Shown: positions 1 through 14,011, counted from the first letter of the stretch. The stretch is 64,000 nucleotides of DNA from Anthoceros angustus (GCA_010909165.1 MU008171.1:1302001-1366000); one strand, 5' to 3'. Notes: generated by a model from the letters alone, not told the origin. Translations and numbers: made by a program.

Positions 1-344
1 ACACTCTTCTCCATCCTTCAACCTTCTTCCCCCGGTGCCAAGGTACCACCCGGTCATCCGTTGTACGTACATATGTACATGTTACGGTAAACAAAAAAAC
101 CCCGCAATCTCCACTATGTGCATGCATACATATGTACATATGTACATCCGTAGTGAATCTGATTACATATGTAGAGGAAAAACTCTAGAGTGCACATATG
201 TATTCTAGATTGCAATCATGTCACCAGGAGCAAAAGTCCTGTCTTCTCATTTCGGTTTGAAACGTTATCATAGTATCTTAGAGTCCACGAATCCAGTCCA
301 GTATGAGCTTTTGTCGTCATCTTTAATAATGATTAAGATTTAAT

Positions 345-384
345 TTTAGGGTTTAGGGTTTAGGGTTTAGGGTTTAGGGTTTAG
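345..384 (+). repeat. Short interstitial plant telomeric array (TTTAGGG)5+
   Basis: Five perfect TTTAGGG units at 345-379 plus TTTAG. An inverted telomere-like arm (ctgaaactaaaccctaa) follows at 406-422. Confidence 0.9.
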
Positions 385-1560
385 CTTCAGTTTCAGTTTC
401 TTGACCTGAAACTAAACCCTAAGCCCTAAGAAATTAACTAGGGAAACTGCAACGATGAAACCAAAACTGAATTTAGGGCACTATGATTGCCTTTCCCTTT
501 GATTACAGCTAGACAATCAGCTATCTCATGCCTCCAACATGAGCTGATAAACCTTTTCGATTTGCTTCCATTCGACACCAGGCAAATGCTCTAGCAGTTT
601 GGTCTAACACATGGCACAAACTCAACAGTGGTAGCCCAGACCAGGTGCGGTCATCAACTAGAGCAATATGTCTACAGGGCACTATCTGGGGCTGCCCGTC
701 TCCTTGTAGATCGATGTCTTTCCAATGATGTAGAGAACCATCATACCCATGAGCCAGTATTGCGTCTCTCATGTGGACTCCATAAACCGGAATAGAACCC
801 TAGAGTAGTTTCCTCAAGCTCCCGACAAGAACGTCATTCAACTATGTATATCCCACATGTGGGCAGAAGTGTCCATGTCATCACGGTGTGAATGGAGGCC
901 GATAACACACATCGACCGGGTCTCACTTCCTCTTGTCACCTCGAACTGTGGGTTTCCAAAGGACAGAGAAAACCCAGTGGTGCGTAAGTTTATCGATTCT
1001 GAACACCGGTCCATCAGTACCTAAATGTTTTGAGACTAACTCCTGTCGCTAAGCTTGCACCTACCACGATTCATCGTTGGGAAATATTTTCAAATTCTGA
1101 TTTCTCATATTGTTTTTTCAGGTGAAAGTCGACTTCGTTTTGGTGCATCATATGCACATGGAGAACAATCTCAGAACATTAGGATGACGAGCAATGAGAC
1201 AGGCAGCTACAAATCTGATTGTGCGTGGGTATGTTCGTACCTGGGTTTTGCATCGTAGAGCTGTGGTCAGAGCTAAGGTCTATCTTCACACTTTGCTCAG
1301 CCGTTTTGAACAGAAGAAGCATGTGATTCATATTGAATGGTGTGTCATCAGATGTTTCGTGGTGGTGTAACTCGAAGACAGCTCCCTCAAGATCTTATTC
1401 AGAAGAGCTGGGTCTACGGCTTGGAAGTTGTAACCCTTTTAGGCTGTCCCTGTGCGGAGCATTCCCCATTTCAAAGTGTGTCGTCTCCAATATTTAGCAG
1501 CCCGGTGCATCGACCTTGGCGAAGACCAGCTGATTCTGGATCTGCACAGGCGGAACCAAT

Positions 1561-2953
1561 TCATACATCAGAATCAAAATACATATGAACTGATTCCACA
1601 AGCTCTCTATTGCAAAAAAACTCCCTCTGCGCACGAACTTCCATCGTCGACCGCCCAAAAGAGATGGACACTCGAACCCGTCGTTCCCAATCTAATTCTA
1701 GCCCATCTGTGACATCCATGACATACTTTCGGAACACATCATCACACGTGTCGATCCGGTCAACAGAGAGACGTTTGTCTATCGGATCTGTACGTGGCCA
1801 GAAGTCCCGTCTAACACAAATTGCGTAAGTTTTACGGCAGATGCGAGAGATAATGCCACTGGTAGAAGCCATCCCCATCAACAGCACCATGACATATCAC
1901 ACCCTGGCTCGGGTTGGTTGAAGATTTCCTGCACCCTTGAAGCAAATTTGTCAACAATCCTGGACAGCAAGTAAGGGGAGGCCGAGAACCCACAAACGAC
2001 CATTATGACTTTCACATACATGTGCTATCGTACTGTGTTGTATGAGACAGATGATCTCATTGACAATAGGATCAAATATTCCCTTAATGTCAGCTGTAGA
2101 CAGGCATAGTTCCGAATCCTCGTAACCCATGGTAAGCATGTCGTGCCACTCCCATTCACTGGCAAGCCTGGAGGGCAAATACAGCTCATGTACGGTGTCT
2201 TCATGACCATCGACTGTGCTCCAGATGTCTTGCTACCTGCCTTGCAAATCCAGGAGTAAGCGCTGATCGTCCGGAAGCAAGCTATCCGGCTGCATAGAAA
2301 TTCGAAGAAAGTTCTGGTCGAAGTGAGTACCACCACACAGGCCCCCAGAACTGGTCTTTACTTGTCTTCCTTTTAGCTGTAGAGAGTCTTCACTGGCCTT
2401 CGCATGGACCACAATATCCACTGTCCCTGCAATCCACACAGTTTTCAGTTGGGATCTGATATAAGTGGTGAATTCAGGAGATCAAGAGTGGCATCCAAAG
2501 CCAAAGGCCAAAGCTGACAGAATGAAAGCACAACAGGTGCCAGATAGGTTCAAGAAAAAACCAGAGTGACTGGGAAGCAATCTTGGGTGATGGCAGTGCA
2601 GGAACGTACGTCCACCAATGTCTGCGATGAGAATTTGATCATGCAGCTTCAGCTTCAAGCTTCAAGAGTCTGGACTTGGTCCAACAGTACATGGAAGCTG
2701 CCTCTGGCTCCAATTGCATTACTGTGCAAGTGACACTGCAATATTCAGTGTCTGTATGACGACTCTCGTTGCACATGCTCATGCTCATGTGGTTGCCTTG
2801 CACAGTTTGTGCATCGTCCCCCTCAACGAAAGATCCTTCCCTTAACTGCAGCTGCGTGGACGGTACCGGTAGCCTGGGTGCGGCCCCCGAGTTCCTGGTT
2901 TTCCAGAATTCCGAGGAACACAAGTGGCACTTTATCAACATCCCTTTATCCAA
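1561..2953 (-). pseudogene. HSP70-family (HSPA12-like) actin-like ATPase, fragmented/frameshifted
   Basis: Separate minus-strand ORFs carry LEPEAASMYC, AGTVDIVVH, GGLCGGTHFDQNF, IKGIFDPIVNEIICLI, RICRKTYAI and a C-terminal RRVRVSISFGRSTMEVRA. These match HSPA12-type HSP70 motifs in the right order but in different frames. Confidence 0.65.
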
Positions 2954-3097
2954 CTGCCCACGTTAAGAACGCCATGCCGCTACGTACGGTAGTCAACGCT
3001 GGAGGCCGGGCAGCCTGCAATCCCTCTGGCCGCTCGGACACACGATGTGTGAAGCGGAAGCGGAAGAAGCAACGGCAGCGGCAGCGGCAGCGGCGCG

Positions 3098-5282
3098 ATG
3101 AGTCATGGCAAGGGGCTGCACACCAGCCCCTCTCGGAAGCATGCCTTTCCCGCTGCAGCTTCTTGCAGGACGCAGTGTTGGATCGCATCGTTCCTGGCGG
3201 TGGCCATGCTGTTCGCTTACGGATTCCTGGATGAAGTCTTGGCTTTCCCCTGGATTCTGGGGTTGCGGGACCGGCAGTCTCCGGACGCCCAGCAGCTGGT
3301 GGGATATCGATCCGGAGTGCAGGAATGGCCCGACTGCCGGAGCAGGTCGCAGCACGCCCTTTACTTCAGACCCTCCAGGCTGTTCCCCGTGTCGCACAAG
3401 CTGGTGAAACGAATGGAGGAGTACGAGCGGATGCACCGCAGGTGCGTTGCGGGTAGGGATTTGGACGCCGAGGTGGACAATCCGGGGAACACGCAGCCTG
3501 AGGTAGTCAGACTGCGCACTTCCGCTTCCAAACTTTTACAAGTTCCAGCTGGAATCGAGCTCAGGTGAGGTCCTTTCAGGATGAATTAAGCTCAGGACTT
3601 CACTTGTGGTGACCAGCAGCGCTGTTTTGCAGGGAGATGGCCCGCCTTGCCAGTACCTCTATTTCCCGGAAGTTGGGGGTCTGGGGAACAGGATGCTGGG
3701 CTTCACCACGGCTTACGTCTACGCCCTTCTCACCAACAGAGCAATGCTTATGGGTCATTTCAGCCCTCTGGCCAGTCTGATTTGCAACCCCTTCCCCACC
3801 TCCAGCTTGAGCGTGCCCAGGCATTTCCCTCAAAAGGTATGTATTCGCAATGGCGTTAATAGCTAGCCAGTCTGTCTTGCATCAATTGCCCCCGACTCGG
3901 TTGAAGCTGCTCAAGGTGCAACATTTCTCCGCAGGCTCTGTACCTCAAGGCGGTGGAGCTGCAGGACTCCAGCCTCCAGGATTTCAGCAACGTCAGTGTG
4001 GTGAAGGTGAAGGAACAGCATAACTCGCAGCCGTCGCAGAGAAGGTTCTACTGCACCTCCACCATGGACAAGCTGTCTCGAGTGAAATGGGTGGTCCTGG
4101 ACACCAACCAGTACCTCATTCCCCGCTTCTTCGCCACGCCATACCTGTGGCGCCAGATGCGAGACCTGCTGGGGGATGAGCCGACCTTAATTTTCACCCA
4201 TCTCAGCCGATTGCTGCTGCTGCCACGAAATCTCATCTGGGACCGCATCATGCGAATCTATTGGACTCACTTGGCGGACACCGACAAGCGGGTGGGCATC
4301 CAGGTGCGTTTCAACTCGTTCCTGCTTGCCATTTTAAGGGCGTATGCACTTATCTGAGGTAGATACCATGGAGGATGGCATTGCACAGATCAGAAGGCAC
4401 ATGACCACCTACCGGTTCGATCAGACAGCCTACGACCGCATCATGCAATGCCTCATCGGCAACAGCGTCATCCCCAACACCACACAGCCTGTCGCATTCG
4501 AGCAGCTGCCCAGCAGGGATCCCCGCCCTGTGTACAACGTCACGCCCACTTTGAACCGGCTTTCGGACCAGCTGCGGGCCGTGAGGGCGCAGGGGAGCCG
4601 GCAGATGTTGCTCCTCACAAGCCGCATCAGCTCGCACCTTGTGAACAGCAGCAGCAGCAGCAGCCCTGAGAACATCGTTGCGGACCGGGTGGAGCATGGC
4701 CGACCCACCTCCGTCTTCATCGCCTCCCTCAATCCCGAGTACTACGAGGAGATGAAGCGGCAGTACACCAAGAACCCCACCACCGACGGCTCGCTCATCC
4801 GCGTCTTCCAGGTAGGTATCAGCCAACGTAGCCTGCACAACGTAGCCTGTCGTCGCGGCCTCGAAAATGACTGGGATGCTCGCTTCCTTGGTTGGAAGCA
4901 GGTGACCGCGGACAAGGACCAGACTTACGAGTTTGCCCAGCTGGCGGATGCCTTGACGGAGATGTGGCTGCTAGCCTTCAGCGATGACATCGCCACCAGC
5001 GGCTGGTCCACGTTTGGCTACATCGCGCACGGCATCGCCGGGGTGCGGCCGTGGATCATGGACCTGAAAGGAGGAGGGCGCCCGCGGGGGAAGGCTGACG
5101 CGCCGTGCTGGCAGGCCTGGTCCCAAGAGCCCTGCAACCATTTCCCCTTCTTGGAGAGCGTGTGCATCGACTCCGTCACCAACCAGACCGAGGCGGGCAT
5201 GGGCCCCGAGCAAGCAGCCTGGATGCAGCAGCACACCAGGACCTGCAAAGACGAAGTCCGAGGAATCCAGCTCCTTGAATGA
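3098..5282 (+). CDS. Xyloglucan alpha-1,2-fucosyltransferase (GT37, FUT1/MUR2-like); exons ~3098-3502, 3633-3836, 3935-4303, 4389-4811, 4902-5282
   Basis: N-terminal TM segment, then CRSRSQHALY..YERMHRRC, GLGNRMLGFTTAYVYALLTNRAML, RVGIQ|IR, ALTEMWLLAFSDDIATSGWSTFGYIAHG and SQEPCNH, all matching GT37 motifs. GT..AG introns join the ORF pieces in frame. Confidence 0.9.
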
Positions 5283-5466
5283 TGAATTCCTGAATGCTCG
5301 CTCGGAATCGCGGCTAGTCTCCAGGCGAGGAGTTCACGCAAATCTTCTGCCGGCGCGCTCTGAGCTCATGAGCTCGAAATGCAGACCCTAGGAGTGTCTG
5401 TTGCATTGATCAGAGCGCGCGCATGAGGCGAGTTATCGCGAGATCGGATGCAGATCGATCACAACT

Positions 5467-7963
5467 TTACTCATCCCCGTCCTTCGCTACTTCCGAATCC
5501 CACCGCGCAATTAGCTGCACGCAAGACCGCCTAACCGATTCTATCAGCCTCCTTTGGCTCCTCACGAACTCCACTGCCAGGGCCACGTCCCAGTCCTCGT
5601 CCGCGCTTCCGTCGGCCACTTCCCTGTCAGACGGGGCGATGGCGATCAGGACAGAGACAAGATTAGGGTTTCCTTACCATTTGTTTACCTGCAAGAAATA
5701 GGGCTTCCGCTGCTCGATTCCTCAAGCCCTTCCAGAAGGTAGTCTAGCGTGGATAGCAGGCTCTCGAGGGCAGCGGTTTCGACTCCGGCCTCGACCTTGG
5801 CACACAACGTATCAAAGCCTCAGATTGTTGCACAAGGAAAGTTGCGCGAGTTGAGGCGGGCTGCATGTCGTCGTACCATAGGATGCCTAGGGTTTCCTTG
5901 GAACGAGCTGACGTCATCTTCGTGTAAGCACAAAATTCGGAGAGACGCCAGTAGTCGAGTTGGTAAACCTAGCTCCCTCGACCTCTTTCCCAGCCACGTT
6001 GCTCGAACCATGTGCGAGAGCCCCAAGTCGTATGAGTCCACTGACGGACACTCAGGTGCTGTGTCGAACTCTGCAAAGCAACCATATCGCAGACCAGATT
6101 TGGGTCATGTGACATTACGGGCAGCCAGAGCCAAGAAAATGCTGCAAACGCTTACCGATGGGAATGGTGTCGTATGGGTTGTCCTTGATGATGAAACCGT
6201 AGAACAGCAGAAGCTCCTGGTTAGAAAGAGGACCGTAACTGAGGAAGCATTGAGATCCAGCTTTGCAGGACCGCGCTGCTGCTAGCTGCAAGCTTCTCGT
6301 TCTTGGGTTGATTTTGCAGTAGTGGGTTATGTGAGGATATAGCTGCATGCCACGCAAGGCAACACCCATCAGCACAAGAGGATTCCCCAGACGTTGCGAA
6401 TGGGGAACCATACGGTGGAGACATAGGGAGCAACATACCGAGTGATTGAGGAGGCTGGCCATAGGAATGAGGCATGTCTTCAAGTGACCGTCCGGGAACA
6501 GAACTTTGATGCCATAGGAGTACCAGAGTTCACATGCCCACAGAAAGTGCTCCCATCCGAATTGATCTTCTGGAAATAAATCTGGATGTTGTAGAGTCAA
6601 GGCTGGTACGAGAACATCATACTGCTGCCGCAAGTGCTGTTACAAGACACAGCCGGGGTCATTGCCTCACATTGTTCGCGACATACAGAGTACTCAAGTT
6701 AGACAAGAATGAGACCTCTTCGTCCAACCTCCTTCGCTGCCAGTATCTCTCCCAAGAGAAGGGTCCCCTGGAGGGCCTGCAAGCCTCGTACACCAAAGCT
6801 CAAGCCTGCAACAGGGATGGCTTCAAAGTTTACTCAAGGCTGTTCCTGTTGTCTGGATATAAGTGCATTCTGCAGAAGCTGTTTTTGTCATACCAGTCTT
6901 GAAGGTCTCTGGAAGGCACGCAAAATACGCGGAAAACTTGGAATCCTTGTTGTGCCTCTCCTTCATCGTCCACAACATTGCCATAGTTTCTCCATTCACT
7001 CCGCCTTCTGACAGCACCCTTCCCTGTCTTGACAAACACGCATCAATTTTATTTTAGCGTAAACACATGCATCAATGGACTGAACTATGAATCTGAAACA
7101 TGTATTCAAAATGTTACATTACCATGTCGGACTGTAAAACAACATCCTCACAGATTATGACTTCTTGTGGTATCTCAAGCACGATACTACCAGGTTCAAG
7201 GTCTACGGCAGCTGCTGCACCTCGTCCAGTGCCTTCAAAGACTGAAAGATTGCTTTCCGTTAGAAGGTCCCAGAACATCAGCACCAAGATTTCTTGACAC
7301 TGAAACAGCTAGACGGTCGAAGTACCTGCAATCTCGATTGACGACTTCACACCCTGCTCAGCTGCCCACCCCAACATAGCTTTCTCTGATTCACCACTAC
7401 ACTTGGAAACTGGCTGACCTGTTCCTCTACCCCCAAAAGAGTTGAGACGGTCCACGACTAAGGCATGCCCTTTTTGAACTGCTTCCACGGACCCCTGACT
7501 GCACATAATTTTCAATTGGCGAAGAAGAGATTCAACTACGTGCAGGGCTTCTATCTCATTCCGAGGGCTGAATGGGCCTTCGTCATCCTCCTCTAGAAAG
7601 TACCACTCGGTCTGCAACAGCCCAGGATTCCCAACAGAAACTTCATCATCTATTATCAACACATGTCAAACAAATGAGGAAGACACAGAAACCAAGAAGT
7701 ACTCCACCTCCGTGAGCTGTAGGACCCTCGCTGAAGCGAGAATCCTGTCCAACAAGCTGCAGCCCTCGGAGCGTTCAAACGGTAACACATGGAATTCCAG
7801 CGGTAAACCTCGCTCTTCCAGAAGACTCTGCAATTGCCCCCACGTTTAGCATCGGATGCACCACAGGAAACAACCGTGACGACATTCTGGAACCCACCTC
7901 TTTCTTCTCACGCATGTCATCCTCAGGGCTGGGCCGCGGTAGCCTGAGCACCGCATTAGTCAT
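5467..7963 (-). CDS. SET-domain protein lysine methyltransferase, Rubisco-LSMT/SETD3-like, multi-exon
   Basis: GTGRGAAA..DLEPG, SKFSAYFACLPETFKTG, FLWACELWYS, LIPMASLLNHS and QCFLSYGPLSNQELLLFYGF..DNPYD. The C-terminal exon ends DWDVALAVEFVRSQRRLIESV...GDE* (TAA at 5467-5469). Start ATG at 7963 is inferred. Convergent with the FUT gene. Confidence 0.85.
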
Positions 7964-10660
7964 CTTCGAACCGCAGCCCACAGCTGACTTCAAAGGAACC
8001 CGTCAGAGAGTGAGAGCTAAAACCTCCCGAGGCCATAAACCCTTCTGACAACAACTACTACCTGTCCCACCAACTATGTATGTATGAATGGGGACATACG
8101 GGGGACCTAATAAGTCCGAGCGGAAAGCCAGATATTATCGTCCAGACACCAAAGTACAAAAAGTTACACCATACTGCAGCACTCCAAGACGCATTGGCAC
8201 CGCTGGTGACAGCGTTTGCAGAAGGAGGCATGTGGCTCACGAGGGGTGTCTGCAACTGGGGTGGTTCAGTCAGTCACAGAGTGACCTCATTCCAGGATAT
8301 TCCTGCTTGGGAACATGCAGAAGGAAGGGTGGACACGATCATGAGTCGGAAACTTTCATGATCAGCAAATGACGGCACCTTTATGCTAAGCCTTTCGATT
8401 GTGAAGTGTCCACCTCAAAAGCTCTACCAGATATCTTTGAAGCGGAAGATTTCCTGTGGCTTGCAATCCTTGCCAGGTAATACGTGATACATGTACAGAG
8501 ACATTTATTGCAATTTCGTGCATAATTCAGACATGATCAGAAGTATTCATTCAGGCGCTCGAATTTCAGATACCAAAATGTGTTGAACACCTTATTGAAG
8601 TGTCCCTAACGGCAGGAAACGCCAACGTAGGCGCCACAGTGTGGAACAAATTCTCCATGTGAAACGGGGAGCAATTTGTCTCTGGAGGCGTGTCGTCCAT
8701 GTGAAACGGGCATATTACAGCACACGACTTGCCATTCACACGCTAGGCTGAAGTAAGGATGAAGACAATTCAGATTTCAACATGACAGACAAAGATTCCT
8801 TCCGTCACCTGCTTGGTATGTTTCCTCAAGCGTCGAAGTGGGCTCGTGTCCGTAGGTGATTGGTTGAAACCTGAAAGCCGAATGCTGACTTTGGAGACTT
8901 CACTTCCAAGCAGTTGCAAAGCCAAGCACAGTTGGACAAACGGCCGGGCCATGACATAACTTCAGACGGGAATTCTCCAGTCCCATCATGCCCACCAGTT
9001 TCCTCCGTAATCCTCATTCTGCAGTCTCGAATCGAGACAGCGTAAGCTGCATCCAAGCTTCACGACGCCAGACTTGGCCAGCAGGATTGCAGCTGTTACC
9101 GTCATTTGTCTCCTTCTGACCGCGTTGAGCGATACGGTGGGAGTTTCGGCTTACAGTATGTATGTGGGAATCAAGTTTGCGTCGTTTGCTGCCACTAAGC
9201 TTGTAGGCCATGCCCTTGCAGAGGACATCACATCATAAAAAACTCGTTGTGCGTTGCAGGAGGCGGCAGAAAAATCCTGGCGCAACATCTACGGGATTCA
9301 TCCCAGCTAGCAACCTCTACCCGGCTACAAGCTTTTAGCGAGGTAATCACAACAAATCTTGCAAGAGATGATGAAAATCGTGATCATCCATGTCGACATA
9401 TGACAGCATGGCACTGCCCAGTGGAAGCGGGAGCCTGCAAACCAGTCAAGTATTGATTCATCCACGGTGGGTGCCTGCCATTGACTGCAGACTGCACACA
9501 CCCGAATTGATCGCCGCCTGATGGGAATTTGGAGTCGAGCTCGAATAAGTGGAAGACAGTCAAATCAAACGCCGCCAAACACTGCACCTCTCCTCGGATT
9601 GCTACTAGGCGGCGACTCCCGTTCACCTCCTCTGCCGGACTCCTAATTTAGGATCTTAAAGGCCTATAATCTAGCGCGGGCATACTGTGAAATTTGGCGG
9701 CTCCTATCCTACTCAACATATCTGGGAACAAGGGCATTCATCGATTGGGATGGGAACTCGTTGGACGCAATTGTGCATCAGTGTTGGTACTGGCAGGTTT
9801 TTTAAACATTGTCACAGTGTACACATTGGAATGAGAATTTCCATGAGCAAAAGAAGTTATAAGGTCCAGAGATGCTTGCTGTGTCCCCAGGGTAGAGGAC
9901 GGCGGTGACTCCTGCACAAAACTTGTGCGCAAAGTGTCAGCAGTCGAGAGATTATCTGCGTGCGTAGTGTAAATTGTCCGTCGTACAAGTGGAGAGCACT
10001 ACTATATAAGCAAGTACATGTCAGCCTCCTCGAGACTGTTTACATGCAATTTGTTAGTTCTCCTTAGAGGGTGCTAAGCCTGGTAGGATCCCAAAGCCCG
10101 TTGCCAATGTCCGCAATCGTTTGCCAGTAGTCCAGTCCCTGGACAGTGGGTCGTCCTGGGGGTCACCTGCTACTCTCTTCTCTGGAAGAATCCCGAAAGA
10201 TTCAAAGCGGCCAGGTGGTAGCCACGGATCGTATCCCAAGTCGAAGGGCTGCGAGCCCAAGCTGACATCGTGGTCGTAGATCGTCATGCCTGCAGATTAG
10301 CAGCGTCACAGCCAGCTCCTGCTCCGCAGCTCCTCCTCCCAGTCCAGTTGCAAGCCCCGGTCACCCTGCCGAGCTGGCGCGCCAGCTGGCTGCGTCCGCC
10401 ATGCTGGAGTTTTAAGTCGGTGGACACGGCCAGTTGGAGTGTCAAAGAGGACATCAGAAAAAAAGACGGTGAAACTTCTGAATGTCCCAAACGCCCTGCC
10501 ATAATTGCGTCACCACTGTAGTATCGAACTCATGTGTCTCTTCCCCGCTGAGAGAGCCTTTCTTCCCATGTCAAGAACAAAACAAAAGGATTAGGATTCA
10601 CCCAAAGAATTAATGAGAGATTGTATAAAAATCATCATAGGTGTCTCTCTCATCGGCCGG

Positions 10661-10770
10661 CCCTTGCTTTTCATATGTTTTGCCCTTGCTTTTCATATGT
10701 TTTGCCCTTGCTCTTCATATGTTTTGCCCTTAGTTTTCATACGTTTTGCCCTTGGTTTCTATGCGTTTTG
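10661..10770 (+). repeat. 22-bp minisatellite (cccttgcttttcatatgttttg) about 5 copies, degenerating rightwards
   Basis: Directly visible tandem units. Confidence 0.85.
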
Positions 10771-11065
10771 TCTAGGAACTGCCATGACTCCGGAACACAC
10801 TGTGCAGTGCCAATGCAGCTGCTTCAAACCTCCAGGTTCCCAACGAAGGTGCCGGTCACATTACCGGTGAAGTGGTTTGGTAGTGGCTGGTGGCCGGCGT
10901 ATCAAGCAAGCTGGCCAATGGGGCTCCTCATTGTGGCAGCAGACTTCTACCACAACAAGCGACTTGTGCTCATGGCCGCTGGGCTCCTTCTACGCATCAT
11001 GTTTTGTCTCGTAGAAGAAGTTTGATGAGAAATTTCAATGAGTTTGTGAAGCACTTCTGCGTTCA

Positions 11066-11860
11066 CTATCTTGTGGCCAGAAGGGCCGCCACCCGCCGTT
11101 CCTCGGGGTCAAAGTATTCATCCACCTGGGCCTTGCCTAACCGCTGTCTTTCCTTGGCACGATGTCGAGCCATTATTTCTTCTTCTTCATCACTATCCAG
11201 TTCTGTTTTGACCCTGGGAAGCTGTGGCCCATTCAAACCATTGACATAGTATTGCTTCTCAATGCATTGAGCACGCAAGAAATCCCCTACGTTATTGTTA
11301 AGCAAATACCAACATTCAGACGTTGGCTCATCCCACTCCAAAATTCCAGTCCGTAAGCACGCAAAGAGCCTGTAAAATGCCCTGGGGTAACCAATGGCAT
11401 ACCATCCCGCCTTCTCTCGGTGGAAATGGCTGAGCCACACTTTCAAGCTGCGCACATCTGCTGGCTTCTCCTGCTACCTGTATACCAAAAACCCTTCCTT
11501 GGGCCAGTGATCAAAGACCTGGTGCATGAACAAGTGATGCTCCAGCTTACGAAAGGCACCTTCACAATAACTGGTCCATACAAAAGTCTGTCTGTTCATG
11601 CCCCGACCTGCAAGTTCAAAGAGATCCTTGTGATCATATGGGAAGTTTTCTACTGAACATGTTTCATGGTGTGATTCCATGTACAGCAAGAAGGCCTGCA
11701 ACTCTAGGAAGATCTCCGGCCGTTCAGGCTTGCCAGGTTGATATTTTCGTATTAACGGGTTGCGCCACTTGTCCTCCCATGGCCGTTCAGGAAATTGTGG
11801 CACACTATGATGCATCCTGCGAAAACATGTCTTGCATGTGTGGTCTGCCTCCAAATCCAT
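11066..11860 (-). CDS. Hypothetical protein(s) of unknown function in repeat block D
   Basis: Two adjacent ORFs (128 and 129 aa) with natural-looking composition: a CxxC, aromatic-rich segments and an acidic/charged C-terminus. No family recognised. Confidence 0.35.
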
Positions 11861-14011
11861 GTTTGCCAGCGAACTGCTGACGCTGGGTCAGTATTACCAG
11901 ACCACCTGTGCCGGTCACCCTGTAGGACCAACACTCCCACCACCACTGCTTAACACTCACCACCACGGTGGCCAACGCCACCACTGGCCATGACAGGTAC
12001 CCTTGCGCCAAACCGATCACCAGCGCCGTGACCAGTGACACACGGGCTGCAATTGTGGCCCACGAGTCAAACCCAGCACGCCACCTGTACAACTGCTAGC
12101 ATGTACTCGACAATCAGGATCGCCGCACCTCACCTGGGTAGCTCAACAGTCGTGCGACATGGGTGATGACCCACAGTTGCGCTGTTCCCAAATCGCGAGC
12201 TGACCAACCCTGCAAAGTGACACGCACATTAGTGAGAGCTCGCGCATCCTCTGCCCCGTTTTCCAGTGAAATTGCAACTGTGCTCCTTGCCCTTCCAGCA
12301 TTCACAGTCTCTATCCCGGGCGGTTGGAGCCCTGGTCAAGCCGCCTGCTGCTCCCGGCACCTGCAGCTCTCACACACTTCATCATAATTCACGCTCTACC
12401 TATGAGACTTCCAATTGCTCCTGTAACACGATAATTTTTGAAGGGGGGGAATATACTAACCCCTTCTCGACACAAAGACTTCTTGTCACGTAAGAACACC
12501 TTACCTAAAACAAGATATTAGCCCTACTTTGATAATGCACACACCCTTTCTCGAGGTCATACCAGTTGATATTTTCAGATTAACGGGTTGCGCCACTTGT
12601 CCTCCCATGGCCGCTCGGAAATTGTGGCACACTATGATGCATCCTGCGAAAACATGTCTTGCATGTGTGGTCCGCCTCAAATCCATGTTTTACGCTTGGC
12701 TGACGTCGAGATACCGGACCACTGTGGGTCACCTCAGAGGACCAACACTCCCACCACCACGCTTAACACTCACCACCACGGGCCACCGCCATGACAGTAC
12801 CCTTGCGCCAAACCGATCACCGGTGTGACCTGACACACGGCAATGTAACGAGTCAAACCCAAGACGCCACCACAACCGCTAGCATGTACTCGACAATCGG
12901 GATCGCGCACCTCACCGGTAGCTCAGCTGCGACATGGGTGATGACCCACACTTGTTGTTCCCCGTCGCGAGCCGACCAACCCCGCAGTGACACGACATTA
13001 GTGAGAGCTCGCGCATCCTCCCCGCTTTCCGGTGAAATTGCAACTGTGTTCCTTGCCCTTCCAAAGATTCACGAGCCTCTATCCCGGGCGGTTGGAGCCT
13101 GGTCAAGCCACGCTCCCCGGCACAGCTCACACACTTCATCATAATTCACGCCTACCTATGAGACTTCCAATTGCTCCTGTACGATAATTTTTGAAGGGGA
13201 ATATACTAACCCCTTGATTAAACCTGACACCCCTTGTCACGAAGAACACCTTACCTAAAACAAGATATTAGCCCTACTTTGATAATGCACACACCCTTTC
13301 TGAGGTCATACCAGTGATAAATGCCGCACTTTCAAGTGAACACCCTAGAAATGGAGCACAGTAGGGTGCGGGCCCGTCTGCATTTTTGTAGAATGTTTAG
13401 AGGGCTGCCATTTTCATATGTTTAGTACAACCGAAAACTTTTACTTTGAAGTGGTGGAACACAATGAAAACAATCCTGTACTAGAGGGAGTCTCATTTTA
13501 ATCATCGTAAGAATATTGCAACAAACATCTGCTAAAGGAGGGAGTGGTCATCGGCATCGACAATAGTCATTGAAGAGTGCGGCCTGGCGACTCATCCATG
13601 CCTTGCACCGACACTGAGTCAAGAACCACCGCCATATTCGGATGCGGTCCATATCGTCCGCCTCAAAGTTATCGCTCTCCTCCATTGCTTGCTCGTCTTC
13701 AATAGTATCATTCCCCGGCCCACCATCCGACGGTGGATCGCCACACAACATCTAGGGTTTGCCGACCTCATCCAAAAGGTCGCCAATGTAGTCTTCAACC
13801 TTCCGCACTCAATGCAACCACTTGGGCTTTAAGGCAATGCCGTCCTTAAAATGAACAAAGTTAGTTGCCCATGCGCCCATGCAAGCATCCTTAAAATCAA
13901 CAAAGTTGAGTTATTAAAAGATATGGGTTTTGAACCCAAACCTATTCATTACTAAACCTTTTTCCCAAACACTAGACCAACAATCCCAAGTTAAACCAAT
14001 GGAGCCACTAC
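11740..14011. repeat. Repeat block D: internal ~0.8-kb tandem duplication (11740-12560 vs 12560-13320), with further partial copies at 30760-31280, 32186-33220 and 33806-34414
   Basis: Near-identical strings recur at those positions, e.g. taacgggttgcgccacttgtcctcccatggccg, aagaacaccttacctaaaacaagatattagccc and gtcaagaaccaccgccatattcggatgcggtcc. Confidence 0.85.

Noticed and set aside
345-384. True chromosome end
   Set aside because: Only five units, embedded in non-telomeric sequence on both sides.
8058-10521. Short ORFs between the SET gene and block D
   Set aside because: No recognisable motifs or coherent exon chain; a gene call cannot be supported.
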